A DNA stretch of 64,000 bases from an uncultured Gammaproteobacteria bacterium (GCA_964540475.1 CAZIMC010000001.1:9873-73872); one strand, 5' to 3'; counted from the first letter of the stretch, positions 1 to 9,511 are shown. The notes: generated from the letters alone by a model not told the origin. Numbers and translations: made by a program.

Positions 1-23
1 ATCCAGATGGTAGTGTTGATATT

Positions 24-758
24 TTGGAGAATGTAAAACCTCAGATTAGAAACAAAAACAATCCAGACTTTCCATACAAAGAAGCAGTTGTATGTCCAGA
101 ATGTAACAGCAATCTGCGTGGCAGTGCCTCTAGAAGCAAGTCAGGCAGGTATATTGGCTATTATCATTGCAACAAAGGCCATAAGTATTGGGGAGAAAAT
201 AGCGAAAAGTTCCATACAAATGTCTATGAGTTTATCCGAAATTTAGAGTTTAATGAGGATTTTATAAGACTTTTTACTGAAACAGTGTTAGAGGTGTGGA
301 GAGCTAAGCAAAAAGAGTCTGAGCAGTTAGCCATTGACTACGGCAAGCAGGTACAAGTATTACGTCAAGAAAGGCAATCAATTAAAGAAAGAATGAAACT
401 AGTAAATACTCAATCAGGTATGAAGCTCATAGAAGAAGCACTTGCAGAAGTTGAGAACAAGATAGCAATTGCAACTCAAGCAAGAGATGAAAGTGAAGAT
501 GAAGATCAAAATATAGACTTACTAACAACTTATGCGAAATATTTTATGGAACACCTAGAAGAATTGTTGATAGTAGAGGATAAACCAGTACAACAGAAGC
601 AACTATTTGGACTTGCTTTTGAACAAACACCAACTTACAAAGACTTGGTTAATGGAACACCTAAATTAGCTTGTGTATTCGAGCTAAATGAGGATTATAA
701 GAGATCAAAATCTCTAAGTGTGACCCCACCGGGAATCGAACCCGGGTTACAGGGATGA
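24..758 (+). CDS. large serine recombinase, C-terminal fragment (5' part lies upstream of the window; real stop probably before the tRNA overlap)
   Basis: Recombinase-type zinc beta-ribbon (CPECNSN...YIGYYHCNKGH) followed by a long coiled-coil segment. The ORF enters the window already open. Its 3' end runs into the tRNA-Glu gene on the other strand. Confidence 0.5.
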   Translation: MENVKPQIRNKNNPDFPYKEAVVCPECNSNLRGSASRSKSGRYIGYYHCNKGHKYWGENSEKFHTNVYEFIRNLEFNEDFIRLFTETVLEVWRAKQKESEQLAIDYGKQVQVLRQERQSIKERMKLVNTQSGMKLIEEALAEVENKIAIATQARDESEDEDQNIDLLTTYAKYFMEHLEELLIVEDKPVQQKQLFGLAFEQTPTYKDLVNGTPKLACVFELNEDYKRSKSLSVTPPGIEPGLQG

Positions 759-792
759 AAGCCCTGCGTCCTGACCGCTAGACGATGGGGCC
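721..792 (-). tRNA. tRNA-Glu (anticodon UUC)
   Basis: The reverse complement GGCCCCATCGTCTAGCGGTCAGGACGCAGGGCTTTCATCCCTGTAACCCGGGTTCGATTCCCGGTGGGGTCA folds as a cloverleaf. Anticodon loop is CTTTCAT, T-loop is GGTTCGATTCC, and the acceptor stem has 7 bp. Confidence 0.85.
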
Positions 793-902
793 AAGAAAAA
801 TCTTGGCTCTCGTATTTTATCATTGCAGGCTCATAATTTCCATTTGAAGATTCGTTTTGAGTGAAATTCTTTGATATAATTACAACGTTTCCCAATTTTC
901 TT

Positions 903-975
903 TGCGGAGTGGTGTAACGGTAACACGCCGGACTTTGGATCCGCGCGACTCTAGGTTCGAATCCTAGCTCCGCAG
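903..975 (+). tRNA. tRNA-Gln (anticodon UUG)
   Basis: TGCGGAGTGGTGTAACGGTAACACGCCGGACTTTGGATCCGCGCGACTCTAGGTTCGAATCCTAGCTCCGCAG. It has a U1-A72 pair, typical of bacterial tRNA-Gln, a CCGGA/TCCGC anticodon stem with loop CTTTGGA, and T-loop TTCGAAT. There is one C-C mismatch at the base of the anticodon stem. Confidence 0.6.
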
Positions 976-1057
976 CTGATTCGACTTGCCATTTCGCATA
1001 ACTCATGGCGCGCTCACAGTCTTCGACCCTTCGACTTGTAAGGTAAAATCTACTAAA

Positions 1058-1285
1058 TCTGCAAAGTATATTAAGTATTTTAATTCTTGTGAGCTGGTTT
1101 ATTCTGAAGAATATCCTTCAAGAAGTGAGGCTATGAAAAGGGAGTGGCAGGTTAAAAAGTGGACAAAAGCTAAAAAAGAAGCATTGATAAAGGGTGATTT
1201 AATATTGCTAAAAAGGGCTTTAACTCTATATAACTCTTACCATTCTTTTACTTCCGTTAAACTCCCCTCTTTCAGAAAACAATAA
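1058..1285 (+). pseudogene. GIY-YIG nuclease family (YazA/YhbQ-like) gene remnant lacking the N-terminal GIY-YIG half
   Basis: ...AKYIKYFNSCELVYSEEYPSRSEAMKREWQVKKWTKAKKEALI matches the C-terminal half of small GIY-YIG proteins. The upstream part of the reading frame, at 986-1057, translates sequence immediately 3' of the tRNA-Gln gene and shows no YVYIL/GxLYxG motif. Confidence 0.5.
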
Positions 1286-1297
1286 TAATACCTAAGT

Positions 1298-1513
1298 ATG
1301 ATGGAAAGATTAACTTCATTAGATTGGTTATTTACCGCTCTTTTGGTTATTGGCGGAATTAACTGGGGGCTTATCGGCCTACTTGATTTTAACTTAGTGG
1401 CAGCTCTCTTCGGGCCAAACACATTTCTTTCGAACATTATTTATGTACTTGTCGGTGCAGCAGCGTTATATGTTTTAATCTCCTTTACCACTAAAACCAC
1501 AAGAACAAGATAA
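1298..1513 (+). CDS. DUF378-family small membrane protein
   Basis: GGINWGLIGLLDFNLVAALFG motif and two TM helices. Confidence 0.55.
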   Translation: MMERLTSLDWLFTALLVIGGINWGLIGLLDFNLVAALFGPNTFLSNIIYVLVGAAALYVLISFTTKTTRTR

Positions 1514-1553
1514 GCTGTTCATATTACTGAGTAAAAAAATGTAAACTGATTAT

Positions 1554-2270
1554 GTGGAAGTTGTCTTTTTGATAGTTGCTTTTCTTTCTGAAGCAGTTGG
1601 AACGCTGGTTGGATTTGGTTCTTCTACGCTACTCCTTCCTCTTTCTTTATACTTCTTTGATTTTAGAACCGCACTAGTTTTAACCGCTTTCTCTCACCTT
1701 TTTGGAAATATTGGTAGAGTTGGTCTTTTTAAGCACGGCTTCGACTATCACTTATTGATAAAGTTTGGCTTGCCAAGTGCCTTCTTTACTGTAATTGGCG
1801 CAAATCTCGTCCATTTGGTGCCGCAAACATCACTTAAGGCTGCCCTAGGTGTCTTTTTGGCTATTTATGCACTCATCTCTATCTTCAAGGATGGCATTAA
1901 AGCTAGGCCAAATACCACTGAAGCACTTCTGGGTGGAAGTGTTTCGGGGTTTGTGGCTGGGTTAATTGGTACAGGTGGAGCTGTTCGTGGAGCATTCCTG
2001 TCACCCTTTCGCCTTGCAAAAGAAAAATATATTGCCACCGCCGCCGTCATTGCAATTACTTCAGACCTAGTGCGCATCCCTATATATATAAACAACGGGT
2101 TTTTGAATAGTCATTATATGTATATCCCCCTCTTGTTGGTTGTTGCACTTTTAGGTTCATACATAGGCAAAATGCTTATTGCCAACGTCCCTGCAAAAGC
2201 CTTTAGAAAGCTCGTATTTGTGGCAATCTTCGTTATCGGAGTTAAGTTTGTAATGGACTATGCTCTTTGA
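1554..2270 (+). CDS. TSUP (TauE/SafE, DUF81) family anion exporter/permease
   Basis: Polytopic membrane protein, 238 aa, with the Gly-rich internal repeat typical of this family (GFGSSTLLLP... GTGGAVRGAFL). Confidence 0.65.
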   Translation: MEVVFLIVAFLSEAVGTLVGFGSSTLLLPLSLYFFDFRTALVLTAFSHLFGNIGRVGLFKHGFDYHLLIKFGLPSAFFTVIGANLVHLVPQTSLKAALGVFLAIYALISIFKDGIKARPNTTEALLGGSVSGFVAGLIGTGGAVRGAFLSPFRLAKEKYIATAAVIAITSDLVRIPIYINNGFLNSHYMYIPLLLVVALLGSYIGKMLIANVPAKAFRKLVFVAIFVIGVKFVMDYAL

Positions 2271-3220
2271 AGTCTGCAAGTTAAAACTGGATAAAATATT
2301 GAGAAGAACCTGAAGTTCACCTCAACCGTCCTAGCACTACACACTACATTAAACAATGAAATCGTAGGGCTATTTGTCGGGCTGGGACTAGGTGTAGGAG
2401 TCAAACTGGGGCTTGGTGATGGGATTGGCTCAAGTGAAGGTGTGGGCGATGGTTCCAGTGATGGTTCGGTACTAGGTTCTGTCGAAGGTTCTACACTTGG
2501 GCTCGGACTTAATGTTGGAGTTGAATCAGGACTTTCCAATGCAGGCTCAGCTGGAGATTGGCTATTTTGGGGATCAGGCAATGATCTATTTACGAAATCG
2601 TTGGCATTGTTATCTGTATCCCATGCATTTCCTGCAAATTGATCCACCCCAGTTGTCATTGTTGCAGTTGTAGATTCTCCATTGGCTTTTCTTTCAACAC
2701 TTGCTCCAGCAGACGGATTACCTTTAACTGTCCCCTCAAAATCATTGGCTGTACCCAATCCGATTTTATCTACAACTTCGCCTTCCGAATCCTTTAAATA
2801 ATAAGTGTTGTTACTAGCTAACGAAGTCAAACTATAAGTCAAGTCGGCTGACACTGTACCTGTGTAGTCTTCGTGTGCAACCAAGTAGTACTTGTATGGG
2901 AGAATAAATGTGGAAGAAGGTATAATAGCTATCTCTATATGCTCGGTTGCTACCGCCGTTTTTCTTGCTAACACCCAGCCCGAAACGTTAACCGATTCAC
3001 CTGTAGGATTATATAATTCAATAAACTCATTTTCTGTATCACCAGTAATGCCTAGTTGTATTTCTGAAATTACAATATGTTCTGCTGGTGCGGATTTCAC
3101 CAAGCGCACAAAAATAAAAAAGAAGAGTAAAACAAATACAAGAAGTGGTAGACCCAATAAAACTTGCAGTTTAATAAGGGGCATTAAATTTATTAAACTC
3201 CTAGCAAAATTGGCCGTCAA
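2258..3220 (-). CDS. secreted or membrane-anchored lamin-tail-domain (LTD) protein with a Pro/Ser/Thr-rich tail
   Basis: N-terminal TM segment, LTD signature ISEIQ...NEFIELYNPTG..VNVSGWVL, and EPSTEPSxEPSPTPS low-complexity repeats. Confidence 0.55.
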   Translation of the reverse strand: MTANFARSLINLMPLIKLQVLLGLPLLVFVLLFFFIFVRLVKSAPAEHIVISEIQLGITGDTENEFIELYNPTGESVNVSGWVLARKTAVATEHIEIAIIPSSTFILPYKYYLVAHEDYTGTVSADLTYSLTSLASNNTYYLKDSEGEVVDKIGLGTANDFEGTVKGNPSAGASVERKANGESTTATMTTGVDQFAGNAWDTDNNANDFVNRSLPDPQNSQSPAEPALESPDSTPTLSPSPSVEPSTEPSTEPSLEPSPTPSLEPIPSPSPSLTPTPSPSPTNSPTISLFNVVCSARTVEVNFRFFSIFYPVLTCRLQRA

Positions 3221-3247
3221 GTAGGAGTTTTTGGTATACTAGCAAAT

Positions 3248-3784
3248 ATGGTCAAACTCGGAGCCAGAGACTTAAGGCATACTAAACCTACTAAAAAAGA
3301 TTTAAAAAGCATAAAGCGTAACCCAATTTATTTGGTATTGGACAACGTGTTGGATACTTATAACATTGGTTCACTATTCCGCCTCGCCGACGCAATCGCC
3401 GCAGAGAAATTGTTTATTTGCGGAGATACGGAATATCCCCCTTCCTCCCGAATCCACAAAGCTGCTGTGGGAACTGAAGAATGGGTGGCCTGGGAAAAAG
3501 CAGAACGGGCAAAAGAGGTAATACAAGTACTAAAAGAAAAAGGTGTACAAATAATCGCCGTCGAACAAAATCCACGATCTACCAGCTACAAACTACTAGC
3601 TACCCAGGTTAACTTTCCAGTTGCCATAGTGGTGGGCCACGAAACGCTAGGGGTGTCAAAGGAGGTTTTGGCATTAGCTGACATCATTGTTGAGCTTCCT
3701 ATGTTTGGGGTGAACAGATCTTTTAACGTATGGGGTTCTGCAGCGATTATTGCCTATAAATGCTTGGAGTCTTTAAATAGATAA
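3248..3784 (+). CDS. SpoU/TrmH family RNA 2'-O-methyltransferase
   Basis: IYLVLDNVLDTYNIGSLFRLADA, VVGHETLGVS and NRSFNVWGSAAI motifs of the SPOUT methylase fold. Confidence 0.7.
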   Translation: MVKLGARDLRHTKPTKKDLKSIKRNPIYLVLDNVLDTYNIGSLFRLADAIAAEKLFICGDTEYPPSSRIHKAAVGTEEWVAWEKAERAKEVIQVLKEKGVQIIAVEQNPRSTSYKLLATQVNFPVAIVVGHETLGVSKEVLALADIIVELPMFGVNRSFNVWGSAAIIAYKCLESLNR

Positions 3785-3788
3785 GAAG

Positions 3789-4556
3789 TTAGCTGGCTAA
3801 AGCTTCATCAATGGTTTGCTTCAGGCTTTCAAGTGGATATGCTCCGGGAATTAGCCAAGCCTCACCTTTTTGATTTATCACAAAACTCCCCGGTGTACCC
3901 GTAATACCAGCAGTGCTCCCGCCCTGATACTGTTCATCAACAACACCCGCCATTCTTCCGCTTGAGACACATTCATCAAACCTGGCCTTGTTAACTCCTA
4001 CTGAAACGGCTGTGGCACTTATGTCCACCAAGTTAGCTTGCTGGTTTTCAAACACTTTGTCTACAAATTGCCAAAATGCATCGGCGCCCCCAACCTCTGC
4101 AACGCATTCTGAAGCCTCAGCCGCCGGTCTGGCTTTTGGATGAAGCATGTCCAATGGGTAGTGTCTGTAAACCCAGGCAACGTCTTGACCATAACTCTCA
4201 ACTGCCGCCTTTACTGTTGGGTGAAATTGCTGACAAAATGGGCACTCCAAGTCTGAATATTCAACAAAGAAAACTTTAGCATTCCTTGAGCCCCTAATGT
4301 GATCTTTCTCTGATATTGCAGGTATCTTTGCAGCCTCAGCTTCAGATAATTTACCCGCTGCAGGTGGAGCAGCTGCTGGGTCTACATTTGGCGCTTGATT
4401 GTTAGCCACCCTCGTCCCACCGCCTTCGAGATTGCGTACCTTCTCCCACAAAATACCAACTGTGAAAGCTAAGCCTATGGTTGCAACTAACAATATTGGC
4501 GCAACTTTCTCAAATATATTAACTGAGGTAGTTGTCTCTTTTTTTTCTTTTGCCAT
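3789..4556 (-). CDS. DsbA-family thiol:disulfide oxidoreductase, membrane anchored
   Basis: N-terminal TM helix and a thioredoxin fold with CPFC active site (EYSDLECPFCQQFHP). Confidence 0.7.
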   Translation of the reverse strand: MAKEKKETTTSVNIFEKVAPILLVATIGLAFTVGILWEKVRNLEGGGTRVANNQAPNVDPAAAPPAAGKLSEAEAAKIPAISEKDHIRGSRNAKVFFVEYSDLECPFCQQFHPTVKAAVESYGQDVAWVYRHYPLDMLHPKARPAAEASECVAEVGGADAFWQFVDKVFENQQANLVDISATAVSVGVNKARFDECVSSGRMAGVVDEQYQGGSTAGITGTPGSFVINQKGEAWLIPGAYPLESLKQTIDEALAS

Positions 4557-4598
4557 GTAATTTGGTACTGTTCATTTTGCCGTGAAACCATATGTTTG

Positions 4599-5645
4599 TC
4601 AATCGTTAAGTTTATTTTGCTCGATTAACCACTTCTCGATCTCCATGGCAGCTTCACATCCATACGCGGCTGCAGTTATCGCTTGTCTATAGTGGTGGTC
4701 GTGAACATCCCCGGCTACAAAAATACCAGGAATTGATGTTGAGGATTTGTATGGATGGTGGGCCCCCTCCACTTGTGTTTCATGCAAATCCCCCTCTTCG
4801 CCATGAACATGATCCGGATGAAGCAGTTCGGCGGGCTGCACCCCCCTGACAATATAACCCTTTGCATCTTTTGCCAAAAGTCCATCAAATATACTTGTAT
4901 TAGGCGTGTGGCCAATTGCAACAAATACTCCGTCAATTGCTACTTCCCAAGTTTTTTCCTCACCTTCTTTTGTCGATTTAAGAACAACCCCCGTGACTTT
5001 TTCACTACCCAAAATTTCTTTAACCACAGCATTCCAAATCACCCTAATTTTGGGGTTATCCATTACCCTTTCCTGCATAATCTTACTTGCCCTGAATTCA
5101 TTACGCCTGTGAACAATTGTTACCTCCCTTGCAAATTTTGCCAATGTCAAAGCCTCCTCCATTGCTGAGTCTCCACCACCTACCACAATTACAGTTTTGT
5201 CCTTGAAAAAAAATGCGTCACACGGGGCACAAGAAGACACACCCCTGCCAATTAGGTTTTGTTCATTGGGCACACCTAGCCATACAGTATCAGCCCCCGT
5301 TGCAATAAGCACTGTTTTAGCTTCATAAACTTCCTCATCTATACAAACTTTCTTGTTTACCCCTGCAAAGTCTACTTTAGTGGCATTTTTATCAATTACC
5401 TTAACACCAAACTTTTCTGTTTGGGTCCTCATATTTTGCATTAGGACTGGTCCCATAATTCCATCAGGAAAGCCGGGGAAATTCTCGACTAGTGTTGTAA
5501 GCATGAGCTGACCTCCCCATTTATCTCCTGCAATAAGAAGTGTCTGTAAATTAGCACGCGAAGTGTAAAGGCCGGCAGTTAACCCTGAGGGGCCTGATCC
5601 TATTATGATAACATCCCAAATTTTTCCGAGTAATTGTTTTTTCAT
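4599..5645 (-). CDS. trxB: thioredoxin-disulfide reductase
   Basis: FAD motif IIGSGPSGLTAG, redox CAPC motif, NAD(P) motif. The likely start is at MKKQLL. It carries a His-rich insertion near the C-terminus (see findings). Confidence 0.8.
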   Translation of the reverse strand: MKKQLLGKIWDVIIIGSGPSGLTAGLYTSRANLQTLLIAGDKWGGQLMLTTLVENFPGFPDGIMGPVLMQNMRTQTEKFGVKVIDKNATKVDFAGVNKKVCIDEEVYEAKTVLIATGADTVWLGVPNEQNLIGRGVSSCAPCDAFFFKDKTVIVVGGGDSAMEEALTLAKFAREVTIVHRRNEFRASKIMQERVMDNPKIRVIWNAVVKEILGSEKVTGVVLKSTKEGEEKTWEVAIDGVFVAIGHTPNTSIFDGLLAKDAKGYIVRGVQPAELLHPDHVHGEEGDLHETQVEGAHHPYKSSTSIPGIFVAGDVHDHHYRQAITAAAYGCEAAMEIEKWLIEQNKLND

Positions 5646-5718
5646 ACTAGCTTCTTCAAGAAGACACCACCAAAGAAGCAAATCTTTGGTGGAATCTTAA
5701 AGATTAACCCCACTAGCA

Positions 5719-5982
5719 TCAAGCTGCTTGGGGGGGATTCTGTCCAGTGTCACCTGCTGGTGGAACCATAGGATCCACCGGTTGATCTGCAGCTGGTGCA
5801 GGAGGTGTCGCTGGCTGCTCGGATACTCCAGGAACCGGCGGGACTGATGGCTCTTGGGCTGGTTGTGCTGGTTCTGGCGTACCCGTGGGGGCTGGTTGCC
5901 CCATAGGATCTACCACTCCACCCATTGGAGGTGTTGATACTCCTGGGTTCATTGGATCTGTAGGATTATTTTGATCGTTCAT
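5719..5982 (-). CDS. Pro-rich low-complexity small protein, hypothetical (may not be expressed)
   Basis: An 87-aa ORF with three DPMxP repeats. It lies between trxA and trxB on the same strand. Confidence 0.3.
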   Translation of the reverse strand: MNDQNNPTDPMNPGVSTPPMGGVVDPMGQPAPTGTPEPAQPAQEPSVPPVPGVSEQPATPPAPAADQPVDPMVPPAGDTGQNPPQAA

Positions 5983-6006
5983 CTATATCACCCCCATTCA
6001 CTTAAT

Positions 6007-6336
6007 TTATATTCCTTTCTTAATCAACTCTTCAAATGCTTGTTTGCCCGCAAAGCCGACTTGCCTACCCACTTCAGTTCCGCCTTTAAACAAAATTGTT
6101 GTAGGGATAGACATTACTCCATATTTCATCGAGGTTTGTTGATTTTCGTCAACATTTAGTTTAACAATTGAAAGTTTGTCTTTATATTCTTCAGAGAGTT
6201 CTTCAAGTGATGGCTCTGCCATCTTGCAAGGTCCACACCAGGGCGCCCAAAAATCAACCAAAACAGGAAGACTCCCGTTTATAACCTTTGCTTCGAAGTC
6301 TGAGTCGGAAACGTGTGACGTGGCCATAACTTCCAC
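6007..6336 (-). CDS. trxA: thioredoxin
   Basis: WAPWCGPCKM active site; 109 aa. Confidence 0.85.
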   Translation of the reverse strand: MEVMATSHVSDSDFEAKVINGSLPVLVDFWAPWCGPCKMAEPSLEELSEEYKDKLSIVKLNVDENQQTSMKYGVMSIPTTILFKGGTEVGRQVGFAGKQAFEELIKKGI

Positions 6337-6389
6337 ACTATACCCGCTAGCAATTGCCTAAGTCAAGGCCTAACGTTTTAAATTAGAGA

Positions 6390-6599
6390 TTAGTGTAATA
6401 ATGTAATAACAATTGAAAGTACTACACTTATTATTATTGATGTTGCAATTGGAGCATAAAGGGTGAAATTTCCTCTTCTAATTAAAATATCTCCAGGGAG
6501 TTTCCCTAAAAACGGAATCCGGTCAGAAAAAGACAGTATTAGACCCAGTAACACTATTACTATTCCAAAAATCGTAATTAACCTACCAATATCCTGCAT
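6390..6599 (-). CDS. DUF2905-family small membrane protein
   Basis: A 69-aa protein with two TM helices and the LPGDILIRRGNF motif. Confidence 0.5.
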   Translation of the reverse strand: MQDIGRLITIFGIVIVLLGLILSFSDRIPFLGKLPGDILIRRGNFTLYAPIATSIIISVVLSIVITLLH

Positions 6600-6608
6600 G
6601 CGATGATT

Positions 6609-8864
6609 TTATACTTTTACAGACTTTAATCTCAAGGAATTAGTAACAACCGAGATTGAAGAAGCTGCCATAGCAAATGCTGCCAGTGCCGGGTTTAAAA
6701 GTAGCCCCGCGAACGGGTATAAAATCCCCATTGCTACGGGTATTAAAGTCACGTTATATCCAAATGCCCAGACCAGATTTTGCCTAATAATCTTAAGTGT
6801 TTTTCTGCTTAAATCTATCGCTGAAACAACTGTATTTAGGTTTTTATTAAGAAGAGTAATACTAGCCGATTCCATGGCTACGTCTGTCCCTGTTCCCATT
6901 GCAATTCCCACATCGGAGGCAGCCAATGCTGGGGCATCATTTATTCCGTCCCCAATAAACGCCACAACTTTCCCCTCCACCTCTTTTAACTGCCTGACTT
7001 TCAGTGCTTTCTCATCGGGTAAAACGTCTGCTAGTATGTTCTTGATTCCCAATCTCCTTGCAATAGCCATAGCAGTACGCTCGTTATCACCCGTGATCAT
7101 CCAAGTTTCAATTCCCTTTCTTTTCAAAGTGTCAATTGTTGTCATGGCACTTGGTTTTGGTTCATCCGCAATTGCCAACAAACCTAAAACCTGGCTTTGC
7201 GAAGCAAGATAGACAACAGTTTTCCCTTCGTTTTCAAGCTTTTGGACTTCATTTTCGGTCTCAAAAGTATCAATATTATTCTGTTTCATTAAGGCTCTGT
7301 TACCTAAATAAAACTCATTACCCTTGACCTCACCATATATTCCTTTGCCTGCAATCGCCTTAAACCCAACAACCTTGTCTGTCTTAACTCCCTCTTTTTC
7401 TGCTCGTTGCAGTATCGCCTCAGCCAAAGCATGCTCCGATCCTTGTTCTAGTGATGCCGCAATCTGGAGTAACTTTTGATTTTTGATTTTTGATTTTTGA
7501 TTTTCTAAAACATCTGTAACTACAGGTTTGCCTTGTGTTAAAGTACCTGTCTTATCAAACACAACAGTTTGTATTTTATTAGCAATCTCCAGGCTCTGCG
7601 CATCTTTAATTAGAATTCCCTTCTCAGCACCCCTTCCCACTCCAACCATAATTGCTGTTGGTGTAGCAAGCCCCAGAGCACACGGGCACGCAATAATAAG
7701 TACGGCAATTGTATTGACAAATGCAAAACTGAAAGCAGCTCCTGCCGGACCAGCAACATACCAAACAACAAAAGTTAAAACAGCCAATATCAAAACCACA
7801 GGGACGAAATAGGAGGAAACTGTGTCTGCTAATCGCTGAATGGGAGCTCTGGTGCTTTGGGCTTCACCAACCATCCTGACAATATTGGCAAGCACTGTAT
7901 CGCTTCCTACTTTTGTTGCTTTAAAAAGAAAGCTTCCCGATTTATTTATAGTTGCCCCAATCACATTTGCTCCAGCAATTTTATCAACGGGCATACTTTC
8001 ACCCGTAACCATTGATTCATCTATCGAACTACTGCCTTCGGTTATTACCCCATCCACGGGAATTTTCTCACCCGGCCTCACCCGAATAATGTCTCCCACA
8101 GCCACCTCTTCAATAGGTATATCAATCTCTTTTCCTTTCCGCACAACTCGTGCCGTTTTTGCGCCAAGGGCTAATAGTTTTTTAATTGCATCGCTTGTGT
8201 GAATCTTTGCCCGGGTTTCAAGATAACGGCCAAGAAGAATTAAAGTAATTATTACCGCCGCAGTTTCAAAATACATCTGCATTTGTATTCCCAAGGCATC
8301 AAATACTTGTGGAAATAAGACCCCAAGAGCGGAAAATCCATAAGCAGCAGAAGTTCCAAGCGCAACCAGGGTGTCCATGTTAGCCGAACGGTTCTTTAAG
8401 CCAGACCAGGTGGCCAAATAAAACTCTTTCCCTGCCCAAAACTGAACTATGCTTGCCATTACAAAAATTAGAAATGTATTTTGAAGAATATCAAAATCTA
8501 TTCCAACCATCTCTCCCATCGCCCCGACAACTATTAAAGTTGTCAGAATTGAGGAAACAATTACCTTAGTTTTTAAGTTTTGAAGTTCTTTTAATTTTAA
8601 TTCCTCCTTAATCTCTTCAGATGACTTTTGACTTTTGCCTTTTGAGTTTTGAGCTAATATCGGTTTATACCCCGCCGATTCAACTGCTTTAGCCAGTAAA
8701 TTACTGTCTACCTTATTACCAAGCTCAAGTGTTGCCTGCTCGCTTCCATAATTTACCGAGCAAGTTATAACCCCGGGAACTTTCTGTAAGTTTCTTTCTA
8801 TGAGCTTTGCACAAGATGCACAGTGCATGCCCACTATTGGAAAAGAAAGTTTATTTGTTTTCAT
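6609..8864 (-). CDS. copA: copper-translocating P1B-type ATPase
   Basis: N-terminal HMA domain (GMHCASC), CPC in TM6, [17 protein letters not shown]. The start is taken at MKTNK, overlapping the stop of the upstream cupredoxin gene by 4 nt. Confidence 0.9.
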   Translation of the reverse strand: MKTNKLSFPIVGMHCASCAKLIERNLQKVPGVITCSVNYGSEQATLELGNKVDSNLLAKAVESAGYKPILAQNSKGKSQKSSEEIKEELKLKELQNLKTKVIVSSILTTLIVVGAMGEMVGIDFDILQNTFLIFVMASIVQFWAGKEFYLATWSGLKNRSANMDTLVALGTSAAYGFSALGVLFPQVFDALGIQMQMYFETAAVIITLILLGRYLETRAKIHTSDAIKKLLALGAKTARVVRKGKEIDIPIEEVAVGDIIRVRPGEKIPVDGVITEGSSSIDESMVTGESMPVDKIAGANVIGATINKSGSFLFKATKVGSDTVLANIVRMVGEAQSTRAPIQRLADTVSSYFVPVVLILAVLTFVVWYVAGPAGAAFSFAFVNTIAVLIIACPCALGLATPTAIMVGVGRGAEKGILIKDAQSLEIANKIQTVVFDKTGTLTQGKPVVTDVLENQKSKIKNQKLLQIAASLEQGSEHALAEAILQRAEKEGVKTDKVVGFKAIAGKGIYGEVKGNEFYLGNRALMKQNNIDTFETENEVQKLENEGKTVVYLASQSQVLGLLAIADEPKPSAMTTIDTLKRKGIETWMITGDNERTAMAIARRLGIKNILADVLPDEKALKVRQLKEVEGKVVAFIGDGINDAPALAASDVGIAMGTGTDVAMESASITLLNKNLNTVVSAIDLSRKTLKIIRQNLVWAFGYNVTLIPVAMGILYPFAGLLLNPALAAFAMAASSISVVTNSLRLKSVKV

Positions 8865-9214
8865 TTGACCACAATCTTTCCGTGATACATATTCATTCCA
8901 CAATGAAATGGAAATTCTCCTGACTGCTCGGGATTAACTTCAATTTCTACGGTTTCATTTAAAGGAAGGTATTTTTTGATCTTGAAATCCGGTAAAACAA
9001 TCTCCTCTAAGCAAGAACTGGGGTCGCGTCTTTTGACCTTTAGTGTTACCTTCTCCCCTTTCTTAAGACTAATTACTGCAGGTTTATAACCACCTTCAAC
9101 GATAATATTTAGGTCTTCATCTGCCACCACTGCCTCCTGCCTCTTTCCAAAGAAAAACCAATATATAAAAATGATTAGGGAAATTCCTCCTGTTAAAACA
9201 AAAATTTTGTCCAT
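8861..9214 (-). CDS. cupredoxin-like copper-binding protein (membrane anchored)
   Basis: TM helix followed by a small beta-rich domain ending ...[16 protein letters not shown]. Co-operonic with csoR and copA. Confidence 0.5.
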   Translation of the reverse strand: MDKIFVLTGGISLIIFIYWFFFGKRQEAVVADEDLNIIVEGGYKPAVISLKKGEKVTLKVKRRDPSSCLEEIVLPDFKIKKYLPLNETVEIEVNPEQSGEFPFHCGMNMYHGKIVVK

Positions 9215-9486
9215 TATTTTTTCTTAAAAAGTTCTACTATCTCTGAGACAAGGGTTTCGGATTTTGAACCATGAAGATCTTTCAAGACACAACTATGCAG
9301 GTGTCCATGAAGAATTAGTTCGTCAATTTTTCTAAGGGCTGACTGAACAGCACGCGATTGATGAATTATGTCCGGACAATATGCATCATCCGCTAGCATT
9401 TTTTCTATCTTTTTTAAGTGGCCCTGCACAATCTTAACTCTTCTAACGGCATCTGCTTTAAATAGATTATGATCGTGTTTGTTCAT
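9214..9486 (-). CDS. csoR: CsoR/RcnR-family copper-sensing transcriptional repressor
   Basis: A 90-aa all-helical protein with the C-H-C ligand pattern (YCPDIIHQ...HGHLHSC). Confidence 0.8.
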   Translation of the reverse strand: MNKHDHNLFKADAVRRVKIVQGHLKKIEKMLADDAYCPDIIHQSRAVQSALRKIDELILHGHLHSCVLKDLHGSKSETLVSEIVELFKKK

Positions 9487-9494
9487 GATTGTAT

Positions 9495-9511
9495 CCTACC
9501 CCGGGGGTAGG
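9495..9511. promoter_or_regulatory. candidate CsoR operator (GC-rich palindrome CCTACCCCGGGGGTAGG)
   Basis: A near-perfect inverted repeat in the divergent intergenic region between csoR and the plus-strand 9580 gene. It resembles the TACCC-N-GGGTA type CsoR operators described in Bacillus and Mycobacterium. Confidence 0.5.

Noticed and set aside
695-1006. 103-aa minus-strand ORF spanning both tRNA genes
   Set aside because: It is the antisense translation of tRNA-Glu, tRNA-Gln and their spacer. It has no motif and is incompatible with two well-formed tRNAs.
7440-7510. Possible CRISPR-like repeat (TTTTGAT tandem)
   Set aside because: The units are 7 nt with no spacers and lie inside the copA reading frame. 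This is a microsatellite, not a CRISPR array. No CRISPR array or cas gene was seen anywhere in the window.
6874-8202. Several 60-120-aa plus-strand ORFs inside copA, and similar ones inside the P2-ATPase, ligase, ftsH and nrdJ genes
   Set aside because: They lie entirely within long conserved minus-strand genes with strong motif support. These are antisense ORFs with no signals of their own.
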